The notes beneath the pieces are model-generated. The model was not told the DNA's origin. It saw only the letters and a list, made by a program, of their open reading frames with translations, and did not search any database. From positions 10,633 to 74,632 of the forward strand of contig JAUHXV010000009.1 of the NCBI GenBank assembly GCA_030426765.1: a stretch of DNA of 64,000 bases. The letters run 5' to 3'. Made by a program: the position numbers and the translations under genes. Shown one piece after another: positions 35,295-44,565 of the stretch. This DNA is from Bacteroidia bacterium. GTDB lineage: Bacteria; Bacteroidota; Bacteroidia; Chitinophagales; Saprospiraceae. The first letter of the stretch is position 1, and each line of letters begins with the position of its first letter.

Positions 35295-36635
35295 TTAGGA
35301 TGGATCAGTCATCAGTGATTCGAAAACGGATTGCCACTCTTTCCAATCGTCAATTTCGCTGAGCGTGGAATTGTGCCAGATGAATACAAACTCCCCGTTG
35401 TGCTTTTGGACTTCTGATTTGATTTTTTCGCAGAGCGTTATGCTTTCTTCTACGGATAGTTTTTTATAAAAGCGAAGAGAGACATCCATCACCAGGAGTG
35501 GGCGTTCAAACAGATTGAGCTGACGTCGCTGATGAATATCAAAAACGGGAAACGGCCTACTTGTGCCGCAGCGAAATCCGGGTTCTGCGGCATAGCCCAT
35601 GGAACTATCTACTTTAATACCGGCTTCTGCCAAATTTCGCCACGTATCGGGAAGCTGAAATCGCAAAAAATGCTGGCGTGATGCGTTCACTGATACACCT
35701 GCGGCTTCTTCTAATGAAGTCTTTTCTTTTCGAATCTTCTCCGGATCTAAATACGTATCAAAGCTTGGGTGCAATCCGATTCGATGATTTCTTTCTTTGA
35801 CTTCGCCCAATAGTTTTTGAATGGCAGGATCCTCTAAAGAATAATACCCTTCGTACTTCGTATTTCCACCGGCGATGAAATTGAACTCACACGTGAGATT
35901 TCTTTTTTCAACCATGGACATCATGTCGCTGAAGGTGTCATACGGATCTTTCGCTTTCTGCTCTCTGACTTGTTTGTATTTTCTGAAATCGTGAATTGAC
36001 TTAATCGGATTAAAGTGTTTCCGGAAAAGCCCGGCGAGGGCTCTCCAGGCAGGTCTTCCTTTCCAGAAAAAAGGAATATCCACATCACAGGTCGGTACAA
36101 TACGAAACCTATGCGTTTCTTTTGGCAAAGGGTAGTTGAGTCTTTCCAGCCACGCCCTGATCAGTTGACAATATTCATCCACCACAGGACGCATTACAAA
36201 TCCTTCCCGAACAGCCACAGCGGCACTTGCCGGAAAACGATCGTACTGATCTTTTTTTACAGGAAGTGACTCTTCCCAGCGCGTCAGCATAAAGAAGACG
36301 CCGGCAAACAAATCCGCATGACAATCGATTTTCTCTGACTGTAGTACGACGTGATCCTCTCCGTACAGGATGGTGATATCATCCAGTAAGGCGGACTTTG
36401 CTTTGATAACTTTACCGGGAAGATTTGTGGTATGCAGGTAAGATGAGCCGGATTTGATTTTTCCAAAAAATGCATCAGCAATCCGTATGGATTTATTGTC
36501 CCACCGCAGCAAGTAATCCTCAGAACCATCCCGCACGATTATGTCAACAGGAATGCCACAGTAGTGCTCTAACAGAACACGAACTGCATAGGAGCGTTCC
36601 TCAACGTAATTGTTTGGGATAGTTACGGTCAACAT
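35295..36635 (-). CDS. polysaccharide deacetylase-like family protein
   Basis: PTCDVDIPF, GLHPSF and RQHFLRF resemble NodB-type motifs. Located next to sugar-nucleotide genes. Family assignment is from memory only. Confidence 0.45.
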   Translation of the reverse strand: MLTVTIPNNYVEERSYAVRVLLEHYCGIPVDIIVRDGSEDYLLRWDNKSIRIADAFFGKIKSGSSYLHTTNLPGKVIKAKSALLDDITILYGEDHVVLQSEKIDCHADLFAGVFFMLTRWEESLPVKKDQYDRFPASAAVAVREGFVMRPVVDEYCQLIRAWLERLNYPLPKETHRFRIVPTCDVDIPFFWKGRPAWRALAGLFRKHFNPIKSIHDFRKYKQVREQKAKDPYDTFSDMMSMVEKRNLTCEFNFIAGGNTKYEGYYSLEDPAIQKLLGEVKERNHRIGLHPSFDTYLDPEKIRKEKTSLEEAAGVSVNASRQHFLRFQLPDTWRNLAEAGIKVDSSMGYAAEPGFRCGTSRPFPVFDIHQRRQLNLFERPLLVMDVSLRFYKKLSVEESITLCEKIKSEVQKHNGEFVFIWHNSTLSEIDDWKEWQSVFESLMTDPS

Positions 36636-36680
36636 CTTCGGGTAAAGATAGCCACTCTGTCCTTCCCGAAAATGAAATCG

Positions 36681-37811
36681 TCAGGCACTAAAGAAAGCTT
36701 TGATGTGATCACAGATATACTGGATCTGCTCATCCGTCAGATCGGGATGCATCGGTAGCGACAGCACTTCATCACTGATCGTGTTGGTATGCGTCAGAGG
36801 TACACGACACTGGACCACTTCCTTGTACGCACCCTGCTCGTGCATCGGAACAGGGTAATAGATCATGGAAGGAATTTCTTTTTCAGCGAGAAACTTCTGC
36901 AATGCATCGCGGCGTCCTTCTTTGATCCGAAGTGTGTATTGATGAAAAATATGTTCGGACGATGCAGCTCGTTTTGGTGTCTCCAACTGATCGATTCCTG
37001 AGAGTTGCGCGTCGTACTTAGCTGCCGCTTCCTGTCGCTGGGTATTCCATCGTATGAGGTGGGGCAGTTTGACATTCAGGATAGCGGCCTGAATGGAATC
37101 CAACCGGCTGTTGACACCGATCGCATCGTGGTAATACCTGCGCTCCATGCCGTGATTGGCCAGCATTTTTAATCGCTGTACCAGTGCGGCATCGCGGGAC
37201 ATCACTGCACCACCGTCGCCATAGCAACCCAAATTCTTGGAAGGATAAAATGAGGTACAGCCAATGTGGCCAATCGTGCCGGCCATTTTCATTCCACCGG
37301 ATGTATCTGCGCAACGGGCACCGATGGCCTGCGCATTGTCTTCGATGACAAACAGGTTGTTTTTTTCTGCGATCGCCATAACCGATTTCATATCGACACA
37401 TTGGCCAAAGAGATGGACAGGAATGATGGCTTTTGTCTTGGGAGAAAGAGATGCCTCAATATCCTCGGTTCGCATCAGAAAGGTCTCGGGATCCACATCC
37501 ACAACCACCGGCACCATGCCCAGTAATACAATGACTTCAACACTGGCAACAAAAGTGAAGGAAGGCACGATCACCTCATCACCGGGTTGGAGATCCAGTG
37601 CCATGAGAGCGATTTGAAGTGCATCGGTACCATTGGCGCAACCGACAACCTCCGCATTATCCAGCAGGCCACCAAGGCCTGACTCAAACAATTTGACTTC
37701 CGGCCCCTGGATAAAAGCACCACTTTCAATCGTGGCAATGACGCGTGCATCCAGATCTTTTTTGATCTTTTGGTACTGGCCTTTTACATCGACCATTTGT
37801 ATTTTATACAT
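36681..37811 (-). CDS. DegT/DnrJ/EryC1/StrS family sugar aminotransferase
   Basis: SFYPSKNLGCYGDGGA (PLP lysine region) and overall family pattern. Confidence 0.9.
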   Translation of the reverse strand: MYKIQMVDVKGQYQKIKKDLDARVIATIESGAFIQGPEVKLFESGLGGLLDNAEVVGCANGTDALQIALMALDLQPGDEVIVPSFTFVASVEVIVLLGMVPVVVDVDPETFLMRTEDIEASLSPKTKAIIPVHLFGQCVDMKSVMAIAEKNNLFVIEDNAQAIGARCADTSGGMKMAGTIGHIGCTSFYPSKNLGCYGDGGAVMSRDAALVQRLKMLANHGMERRYYHDAIGVNSRLDSIQAAILNVKLPHLIRWNTQRQEAAAKYDAQLSGIDQLETPKRAASSEHIFHQYTLRIKEGRRDALQKFLAEKEIPSMIYYPVPMHEQGAYKEVVQCRVPLTHTNTISDEVLSLPMHPDLTDEQIQYICDHIKAFFSA

Positions 37812-37817
37812 GGCTGA

Positions 37818-39134
37818 TTATTTGGGTTGAATGACCTGTCTGCCGATGCTGGAGTAATAAAACTCATCGGGGATATCCTCAAGGTCATAAATATTGCGTC
37901 CGTCAAAAATGATCGGTGACTTCATGCGCTTTTTGATCTCCTGGATATTCGGCGTGCGGAACTCATTCCACTCGGTGATGATCGCAAGGGCATCCGCATC
38001 ATTCAGTACGTCGTACATGTCTTCTGTGTAGTTAACGTCTCCGTCAAACTGCGACTGAAAATTTGGTATGGCTTCCGGATCAGTCGCTGATACTTCAGCG
38101 CCGGCATCTAACAGGTCTTTTATAATATCCATCGCCGGTGCTTCGCGCACATCATCCGTATTCGGTTTGAATGCGAGTCCCCAGATGGCTATTTTCCTGC
38201 CTTTCAATTCACCGTTGAAATAGTCATTGATCTTTCGAGCCAGTATGTGCTTTTGTTTGCGGTTTACATCCATGACGGCATCCAGGATCTTAAACTCGTA
38301 ATCATGTTCTTTAGAGGTCAGGTGCAGTGCCTGCACGTCTTTCGGAAAGCAACTGCCTCCGTAACCGACACCCGGAAATAAAAATCGTTTGCCGATCCGG
38401 GAATCGCTGCCGATGCCTTTGCGCACGTGATCCACATTTGCTCCGGTACGCTCGCAGAGGTTGGCAATTTCATTCATAAAGGAGATTCGGGCTGCGAGAT
38501 ACGCGTTGGCGGCATATTTGGTCATCTCGGCAGAGCGCTCGTCCATAAAGAGAATGGGATTACCCTGTCGGACAAAGGGCTTGTAGAGTCGTTCCATCAC
38601 ACTGCGCGCGCGATCTGATGAAAGGCCCACAACGACACGGTCGGGTTTCATAAAGTCTTCCACGGCGACGCCTTCTCTGAGAAACTCGGGGTTGGAGACT
38701 ACATCAAACAAATCTTTGGAGAGCTTTTTGGAAAGTACTGCTTCCACTTTTTCGGCTGTACCTACAGGGACAGTGCTCTTGTCTACGATCACTTTATAGG
38801 AAGTAATGATGCTGGAAAGGTCTTCTGCCACGCCCAGGATATAGGACAGGTCCGCTGATCCATCGGATCCCGGGGGTGTCGGTAATGCGAGGAAGATGAT
38901 CTGCGCATCTTTGATTCCCTCTGCCAGCGATGTGGTGAAGTGTAATCGCCCCTGCTCGCGGCTGCGCTCAAACAAAACCTCAAGGCCGGGCTCGAAGATG
39001 GTGATCTTGCCGGCGCGCAAGCTGGCTACTTTATCCGCATTATTATCGATACAGGTGACGTCATTTCCGGTTTCTGCAAAACAGGTTCCCGTCACGAGGC
39101 CCACGTATCCTGTTCCAACGACTGCTATTTTCAT
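37818..39134 (-). CDS. ugd: UDP-glucose 6-dehydrogenase
   Basis: MKIAVVGTGYVGLVTGTCFAETGNDVTCID, and GGSCFPKDV with the catalytic Cys. Start trimmed to cat at 39132-39134. Confidence 0.9.
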   Translation of the reverse strand: MKIAVVGTGYVGLVTGTCFAETGNDVTCIDNNADKVASLRAGKITIFEPGLEVLFERSREQGRLHFTTSLAEGIKDAQIIFLALPTPPGSDGSADLSYILGVAEDLSSIITSYKVIVDKSTVPVGTAEKVEAVLSKKLSKDLFDVVSNPEFLREGVAVEDFMKPDRVVVGLSSDRARSVMERLYKPFVRQGNPILFMDERSAEMTKYAANAYLAARISFMNEIANLCERTGANVDHVRKGIGSDSRIGKRFLFPGVGYGGSCFPKDVQALHLTSKEHDYEFKILDAVMDVNRKQKHILARKINDYFNGELKGRKIAIWGLAFKPNTDDVREAPAMDIIKDLLDAGAEVSATDPEAIPNFQSQFDGDVNYTEDMYDVLNDADALAIITEWNEFRTPNIQEIKKRMKSPIIFDGRNIYDLEDIPDEFYYSSIGRQVIQPK

Positions 39135-39141
39135 AGGGGGG

Positions 39142-39149
39142 CAAAGATA
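39142..39149 (-). promoter_or_regulatory. candidate -7 box TAtcTTTG, 7 nt upstream of the ugd ATG
   Basis: The minus strand reads tactatctttgcccccctATG. Confidence 0.3.
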
Positions 39150-39167
39150 GTAAGCCGAGGGCAAAGG

Positions 39168-39235
39168 GCGAAGGGCGGGGAGCATGTGTCTCCTTCGCTA
39201 AAGCTACGGCGACTGAAAGGCATGGGGCGGAGGGC
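39168..39235. repeat. 68-nt composite block, paralogous to 3567-3634
   Basis: See 3567-3634. Confidence 0.9.
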
Positions 39236-39243
39236 GAAGGGGC

Positions 39244-39304
39244 GAACCCCCTCGCTCTACGAGCGATCCCCCTTAGAAAGGGGATGCCTTTCCTTGAGAC
39301 AGAT
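39244..39304 (+). repeat. mosaic hairpin element, short form (copy iv)
   Basis: gaaccccc-tcgctctacgagcga-tcccccttagaaaggggat-gcctttccttgagacagat. Confidence 0.9.
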
Positions 39305-39400
39305 ATGAATTTGTTTCCTTAAGCCAGATAAATGATTCCTCTCCGCCCTCAGCTCTTCGCCCTTCGCTTTCTGCCGTTCCACCAATCACTACTTCATTCT

Positions 39401-41251
39401 TTAGAGAATCACCAAAGATTTCCTTCCAATGACCTTCCTGTTCTGATCCCGAGCCAGTACGGTGTAGTGGCCGGGTGGGAGGCCCGCAAGAGAGATGCGG
39501 TTGCCGATGACTTTGCGCGTAGTCAGAAGACCGAAAGCATTTACAAATTCGATCTCCTTTATTCCAATGGCATCGGAAAGTTCGATGAAGTCAGAGGCCG
39601 GATTTGGATAAATGATCAAATCCTCTGGATTCAACTCCGCTACCGGTGTGATTTGTTTGATGACCTGATTGCCTTTCGACAGAATCCATTTATCCTGATC
39701 AAAAAGCATCTGGCTGACATTGTTCATGCCAACGTACATGGCGAAACGCTGATGTTCGTAGGTGTGGTTGAAAACTGTATCGGCAATTATCCCGAATCGA
39801 TATGCGGCGATGGGTAATGGCATTTCAAAGTAGGAAACCGAAGGATCTGATTGCGTCTGATCGATCCAGAGGATTACCGAATCTTGTTGTTGTTCCCAGA
39901 GGATGGTGTAGGATGGATACCCTTCTCCGTAAAACCAATCTGCAAAAAATTCATTCAGGTCGATGCCGGAGACCGTCTCCATGTGTTGCTGCAGATCCGA
40001 TGTGCGTGCAAACCCGTCATAGTGATCTGCGAGGTAATTGCGGCATCCGAGGAAAAACGCGCTGTCGCCTACCATCCATCGCAACATATGCGCGAGGTAG
40101 AAGCCTTTATTGTAGGTCAGTCTTCCATCAAAAACCACCGATAGATCATTGGTATCCTGGACATGCACTGAACCTCCCGGTTGACTCGTAATCGAATTGA
40201 TCTTTGAGGTTTTCAGGCCATTCCAGTAGGATGGGCGCAACGTTTCTACAGCAAGCCCCGACAGATATTCCGCAAATCCTTCGCTAAGCCAAATATCGGA
40301 CCACGATCCAAAGGTGACGGTATTTCCAAACCAATGGTGAGCCATTTCGTGGGCGATCACATTGAAATTAAAAAATCCCATCAGGCTCATGGTTTGTACT
40401 TCGAGCGCACCACCGGCGGTGTACTGCGCGTGACCGTATTTTTCATCCGCAAAAGGATAATTGCCAAAGCGCGATTCGAAAAACTGCATGATGTCCGGCG
40501 TGGCTTCCAGTTCTTCCCACAATTCGGCTGCGCTTTCCGGATAGAGGTAGTGGTATATGGGAAGCATGGTTCCATCCATGAGCAGGACGGAGTCTTCAAC
40601 GATGGTGTAATTGGATATCGCCAGTTCGAGCAGGTAAGTCGTAGCGATCGGATGCCGATGTTTCCAGTGGTGAACCCATGTGCCGAAGACTTCCTGGATA
40701 CCCTGCAGGGTTCCGTTACCCGCTACATATTGATCGGGCGGAGTGGTGATATACAGATCGACGGAATCAATTTTGTCGGTGAGATCTCTTTTTCCCGGAT
40801 ACCAGAGCATATCCAGATTCAGATCGGTGCTGATCACTGGCGCGCCATCATGCATTTCCATCCGAAGTATATCTGCAGCTTCGTAAGTGATGGTGAGTGT
40901 GTCGGTCTCTCCTGTCATCAAAGTTTTGTTGAGATCGATGGTGATGAGATTATCGCTGCGCGAAAAATTCAAAGGCGTGTTTCCTCTTTGGATGGACAGA
41001 ACGGGCAGTTCATCCTGGTAGTCTACGACAAATCGTTCGAGCTGATCCATCTGACTTTTAAAGTAGAAGGTGATTTCTCCTGCAACTTGATTAACCGCCG
41101 GATCAATGGTCACATACATTTCCTGGTAGTGCACATCCGTTTCCGCAGCAGCGAAGTTGCGAGTCATCGGGTTTGTTTGACTCACAAGGCTCACTGCAGA
41201 GCATATGCAAATGCAAAATAATAAGCCGGGTAACAGATGTTTGAGATTCAT
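39401..41251 (-). CDS. M1 family metallopeptidase with T9SS C-terminal sorting domain
   Basis: HEMAHHWFGN and WLSEGFAEY. C-terminal IYPNPASDFIELS...GHYTVLARDQNRKVIGRKSLVIL. Confidence 0.85.
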   Translation of the reverse strand: MNLKHLLPGLLFCICICSAVSLVSQTNPMTRNFAAAETDVHYQEMYVTIDPAVNQVAGEITFYFKSQMDQLERFVVDYQDELPVLSIQRGNTPLNFSRSDNLITIDLNKTLMTGETDTLTITYEAADILRMEMHDGAPVISTDLNLDMLWYPGKRDLTDKIDSVDLYITTPPDQYVAGNGTLQGIQEVFGTWVHHWKHRHPIATTYLLELAISNYTIVEDSVLLMDGTMLPIYHYLYPESAAELWEELEATPDIMQFFESRFGNYPFADEKYGHAQYTAGGALEVQTMSLMGFFNFNVIAHEMAHHWFGNTVTFGSWSDIWLSEGFAEYLSGLAVETLRPSYWNGLKTSKINSITSQPGGSVHVQDTNDLSVVFDGRLTYNKGFYLAHMLRWMVGDSAFFLGCRNYLADHYDGFARTSDLQQHMETVSGIDLNEFFADWFYGEGYPSYTILWEQQQDSVILWIDQTQSDPSVSYFEMPLPIAAYRFGIIADTVFNHTYEHQRFAMYVGMNNVSQMLFDQDKWILSKGNQVIKQITPVAELNPEDLIIYPNPASDFIELSDAIGIKEIEFVNAFGLLTTRKVIGNRISLAGLPPGHYTVLARDQNRKVIGRKSLVIL

Positions 41252-41267
41252 GTGTACAGTGATTGAT

Positions 41268-41571
41268 AGTCTCCTTCGCTGAAGCTACGGCGACTGATAG
41301 TCTTCTTCGCGCAAGCTATGGAAACTAAAAGTGGATTTGATGATCTACTAAAATACTATAATCCCATGGATCAGGGAGTTTGAGAGGTTTAGAGATGTCC
41401 TCTATGACGACAAGGTTTAGGGGATTAGCTACCACTTTTGGGCAGAAAAGAGAAAGAGGCAGAAAAGCATCTGGTATAAAAAGAGACCGAGTTAAAACTG
41501 CAATTAGAATTTTTATGCCCCATGCCCCATGCCCCATGCTTTTTAATTGCCGTAGCTTCAGCGTAGGAGAC
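41268..41571. repeat. intergenic region bracketed by inverted type A modules, with a (GCCCCAT)3 array
   Basis: Type A at 41268-41294 (+), degenerate 41299-41325 (+), 41546-41571 (-). atgcccc x3.5 at 41515-41539. Purine-rich block at 41440-41468. Confidence 0.85.
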
Positions 41572-41585
41572 CCTCACCCAATATT

Positions 41586-42149
41586 TTAAATAAGGTTCGA
41601 CCTGAACATCTGAATGGCAATCGCCAGCAGCAGGATCCCAAAAATTTTGCGAAGCGCCTCCGTAGCGGACTTAGAAATCTTGCGTTCTAGAAACGGAGTG
41701 GACTTGAGGACCAGGAAGATCAGCAGCAGATTGACAACGATACCGATGACAATTTCCAGCGGCTGGAAACTGGATCTCAGGGTAAGGATCGTAGTCAAAG
41801 TCCCCGCTCCGGCGATCAGTGGAAACGCAATCGGGACGATACTACCCGAACTCGGTTCGGCATCATCTGATCGGAAAAACCGGATCCCGAGCACCATTTC
41901 CAGCCCTATAAAGAAAATAATCAGCGATCCTGCCATGGCAAAAGAGCTGACTTCCAGGTGAAATACACTCAGGATAGCCACACCAAAAAACAAAAATGCG
42001 ATCATCAGAATTCCGGCCGAAACCGTGGCAGTAGTCGGATGGATCGTGACGCCCCGTTTTTTCAAATCGAGAATAATAGGGAGCGAACCGATGATGTCGA
42101 TCACGGAAAACAAAATCATGGTGACCGATAAAATTGCTGCGATGGCCAT
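41586..42149 (-). CDS. MarC family (UPF0056) membrane protein
   Basis: IGSLPIILDL and PIAFPLIAGAGTLTTIL. Six hydrophobic segments. Confidence 0.8.
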   Translation of the reverse strand: MAIAAILSVTMILFSVIDIIGSLPIILDLKKRGVTIHPTTATVSAGILMIAFLFFGVAILSVFHLEVSSFAMAGSLIIFFIGLEMVLGIRFFRSDDAEPSSGSIVPIAFPLIAGAGTLTTILTLRSSFQPLEIVIGIVVNLLLIFLVLKSTPFLERKISKSATEALRKIFGILLLAIAIQMFRSNLI

Positions 42150-42274
42150 AATGCAATTGTTTAATTTGTCTCAATATTAATGCAATATGAGTTGAATGTG
42201 TTTCATTTGAATTGATATTATGTCAAAATAAACTTAAATACTACTTTTAAGGTCAAATCGTATAAATCAGGGAT

Positions 42275-42784
42275 ATGGAATGGACGCTTGAAAATCAAAT
42301 TGACAGTACAGATAAACGCATTGTAAACGCCCTCATGGAAGATGGGCGCCTCCCGTACTCTGCCCTCGCCGATCAGATTGGTTCGTCAAATACGCTGGTG
42401 CATCAGCGGGTCCGTAAGTTGAAGGAGCAGGGCGTCCTCAAAAAGCCGGTCTTCCTGGTATCGCCGGAGCACGCCGGGTATGATACTACGGCTATAGTGC
42501 TGATCATCGTGCGGGAATCTGTACAGATACCAGAGGTGATCACAGCCCTGAAAGGGATTCCGGAGGTAGTCAATTGTATGAGTATCATGGGGCGATACGA
42601 CCTGATGGTCAGGATTTATGCCATCAACAACCGCCACCTGCAGGATATCATTCATGAAAAACTCCAGGCCATTCCGGCCGTAGAAGGGACGAATACAATG
42701 GTCGCCTTTGAGGTTTCCTTCGAAAGACAGATCAGTATCCCTGATCAGGACACCATTTCGATGTATCGCTCGTATAAAAAGTGA
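42275..42784 (+). CDS. Lrp/AsnC family transcriptional regulator
   Basis: DKRIVNALMEDGRLPYSALADQIGSSNTLVHQRVRKLKEQGVL (HTH) plus a C-terminal RAM-like domain. Divergent from the MarC gene. Confidence 0.85.
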   Translation: MEWTLENQIDSTDKRIVNALMEDGRLPYSALADQIGSSNTLVHQRVRKLKEQGVLKKPVFLVSPEHAGYDTTAIVLIIVRESVQIPEVITALKGIPEVVNCMSIMGRYDLMVRIYAINNRHLQDIIHEKLQAIPAVEGTNTMVAFEVSFERQISIPDQDTISMYRSYKK

Positions 42785-42884
42785 TTCGTGGAATTTGGCC
42801 TGTAATGCCAGAAAACAGCCACCTTTTCGGAATATTCACTTTTTCTCTCCATCGCACAATATTGAGACATAGCCCTCTGTTATT

Positions 42885-43142
42885 ATGGTGTATAAAAATC
42901 TGAGTATGAAGAAAGACTTTACCCAACTACAATTGACAAGGCTGATTTACGGAGAGACGACAAAAGCAGAAACAGACATGTTGCTGGAGTTGGTCGACAC
43001 CGTGCCACAGATCGCAAATACCCTTGAAGTGTTGAAAAAGGGAAAAGAAATGCTCGGCAAAGAGCGTTTCTCTCCTTCACAAAAGGTGATCAATGCGCTG
43101 CTCGGCTACAGTGCCTCCACCTCACCGGTCTCCGCCAGCTAA
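42885..43142 (+). CDS. small hypothetical protein (85 aa; an alternative start at 42906 gives MKKDF...)
   Basis: ORF followed by a good intrinsic terminator. No recognisable motif. Confidence 0.4.
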   Translation: MVYKNLSMKKDFTQLQLTRLIYGETTKAETDMLLELVDTVPQIANTLEVLKKGKEMLGKERFSPSQKVINALLGYSASTSPVSAS

Positions 43143-43173
43143 ATCAGACAAGGCCTTTGGTCAAATGAAAACG

Positions 43174-43199
43174 GGCTCCGATACGTCGGGGCCTTTTTT
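43174..43199 (+). terminator. rho-independent terminator
   Basis: ggctccga-tacg-tcggggcc stem followed by tttttt. Confidence 0.65.
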
Positions 43200-43277
43200 A
43201 TATGTCCGATCCTCATTGCCCGAGAAAAAAATATTAAAAATTTTGCTAATGACGAGAAATTAGTCATAAAATGTCTG

Positions 43278-43285
43278 TATATTTG
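43278..43285 (+). promoter_or_regulatory. candidate -7 promoter box (TAtaTTTG) for recA
   Basis: tatatttg lies 50 nt upstream of ATG 43336. Confidence 0.4.
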
Positions 43286-43335
43286 CCGAAGCACTTTGGA
43301 TCAACCGAATATATTAATCATCAAAATCTAACAAA

Positions 43336-44391
43336 ATGTCATCAGAAAAGGAACGCGAGTCAAGGTTGAAAGCCCTCCAACTCACAGTAGATCGTCTGGA
43401 AAAGACGTACGGCAAAGGTACTATTATGAAGCTCGGCGACAAACAAGTTGTCGATGTAGACGTCATCCCCACAGGTTCGGTGTCGCTGGACATGGCCATC
43501 GGGATCGGCGGATTCCCTAAAGGCCGTGTGGTAGAGATATACGGTCCTGAGTCTTCCGGAAAAACCACCCTCGCCATCCATGCCATCGCCGAATGCCAGA
43601 AGCAAGGCGGTCTGGCTGCCTTTATTGATGCCGAACATGCGTTTGATCGTTTTTATGCCGAAAATCTCGGGGTAGATTGTGAAAATCTCTTGATCTCACA
43701 GCCCGATAATGGTGAACAAGCCCTTGAAATAGCCGAAAACCTGATTCGCTCCGGTGCTATCGATATCATTGTCATCGACTCCGTAGCCGCCCTCGTACCC
43801 AAATCAGAAATCGAAGGTGAAATGGGTGATTCCAAAATGGGGCTGCAGGCCCGACTGATGTCGCAGGCCATGCGGAAGCTCACCGGTACCATCGGCCGTA
43901 CCGGATGCTGCTGCATCTTTATCAACCAACTCAGAGAAAAAATCGGTGTGATGTTCGGCAACCCCGAAACCACCACCGGTGGAAACGCATTGAAATTCTA
44001 CGCCTCGCTGCGCCTCGACATCCGACGCAACGGTGCCGCACTCAAAGATCGCGATGGCAATATGGTTGGCAACCACGTCAAAGTGAAAGTGGTGAAAAAC
44101 AAACTCTCTCCACCTTTCCGAATCGCCGAATTCGATATCATGTTCGGCGAAGGAATCTCCAAAGTCGGTGAAATCGTAGACCTTGGATCCGATCTCGATA
44201 TCATCCAGAAGAGCGGTGCCTGGTACAGCTATGAAGGCACCAAAATAGCGCAGGGAAGAGATGCCGCCAAGCAGTTCCTACTCGACAATCCGGAGCTGGC
44301 GCTTGAAATCGAACAAAAGATAAAGGGCAGATTTACACCACCTCGTCACGAAATGATCGATGAGGAAGAAGTAGCTGCCATAGAGAATTAG
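43336..44391 (+). CDS. recA: recombinase RecA
   Basis: [11 protein letters not shown] Walker A, full-length RecA pattern ([26 protein letters not shown]). Confidence 0.97.
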   Translation: MSSEKERESRLKALQLTVDRLEKTYGKGTIMKLGDKQVVDVDVIPTGSVSLDMAIGIGGFPKGRVVEIYGPESSGKTTLAIHAIAECQKQGGLAAFIDAEHAFDRFYAENLGVDCENLLISQPDNGEQALEIAENLIRSGAIDIIVIDSVAALVPKSEIEGEMGDSKMGLQARLMSQAMRKLTGTIGRTGCCCIFINQLREKIGVMFGNPETTTGGNALKFYASLRLDIRRNGAALKDRDGNMVGNHVKVKVVKNKLSPPFRIAEFDIMFGEGISKVGEIVDLGSDLDIIQKSGAWYSYEGTKIAQGRDAAKQFLLDNPELALEIEQKIKGRFTPPRHEMIDEEEVAAIEN

Positions 44392-44423
44392 CATAGTGCA
44401 ATTTTGAGATTTTGAGACCTTAA

Positions 44424-44457
44424 TAGGGAAGTTGTAGTGGCTTCCCTATTTTTTTTT
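44424..44457 (+). terminator. rho-independent terminator of recA
   Basis: tagggaag / cttcccta 8-bp stem followed by a T9 run. Confidence 0.8.
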
Positions 44458-44565
44458 GCCTTTATGCCATCGGGAAACATAGTGCGTGATTCGTTTTAGC
44501 TCTTCTGCACTGTAAACATTCCCCGAAGTATCTTTGTGCCCCATTATGATCTTGTAAGCATTCAA

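Noticed and set aside
40334-41221. Long antisense ORFs inside well-supported genes (for example 40334-41221, 2747-3439, 52333-53100, 19909-20412, 21064-21672, 30992-31504, 58140-58628)
   Set aside because: Each lies opposite a gene with strong family motifs, and none has a recognisable domain. These are typical shadow ORFs.
42150-42274. Repeated taatgcaat words in the MarC/Lrp divergent region, considered as Lrp boxes
   Set aside because: There are only two 9-mers in a very AT-rich spacer. This is plausible but not distinguishable from chance without comparative data.
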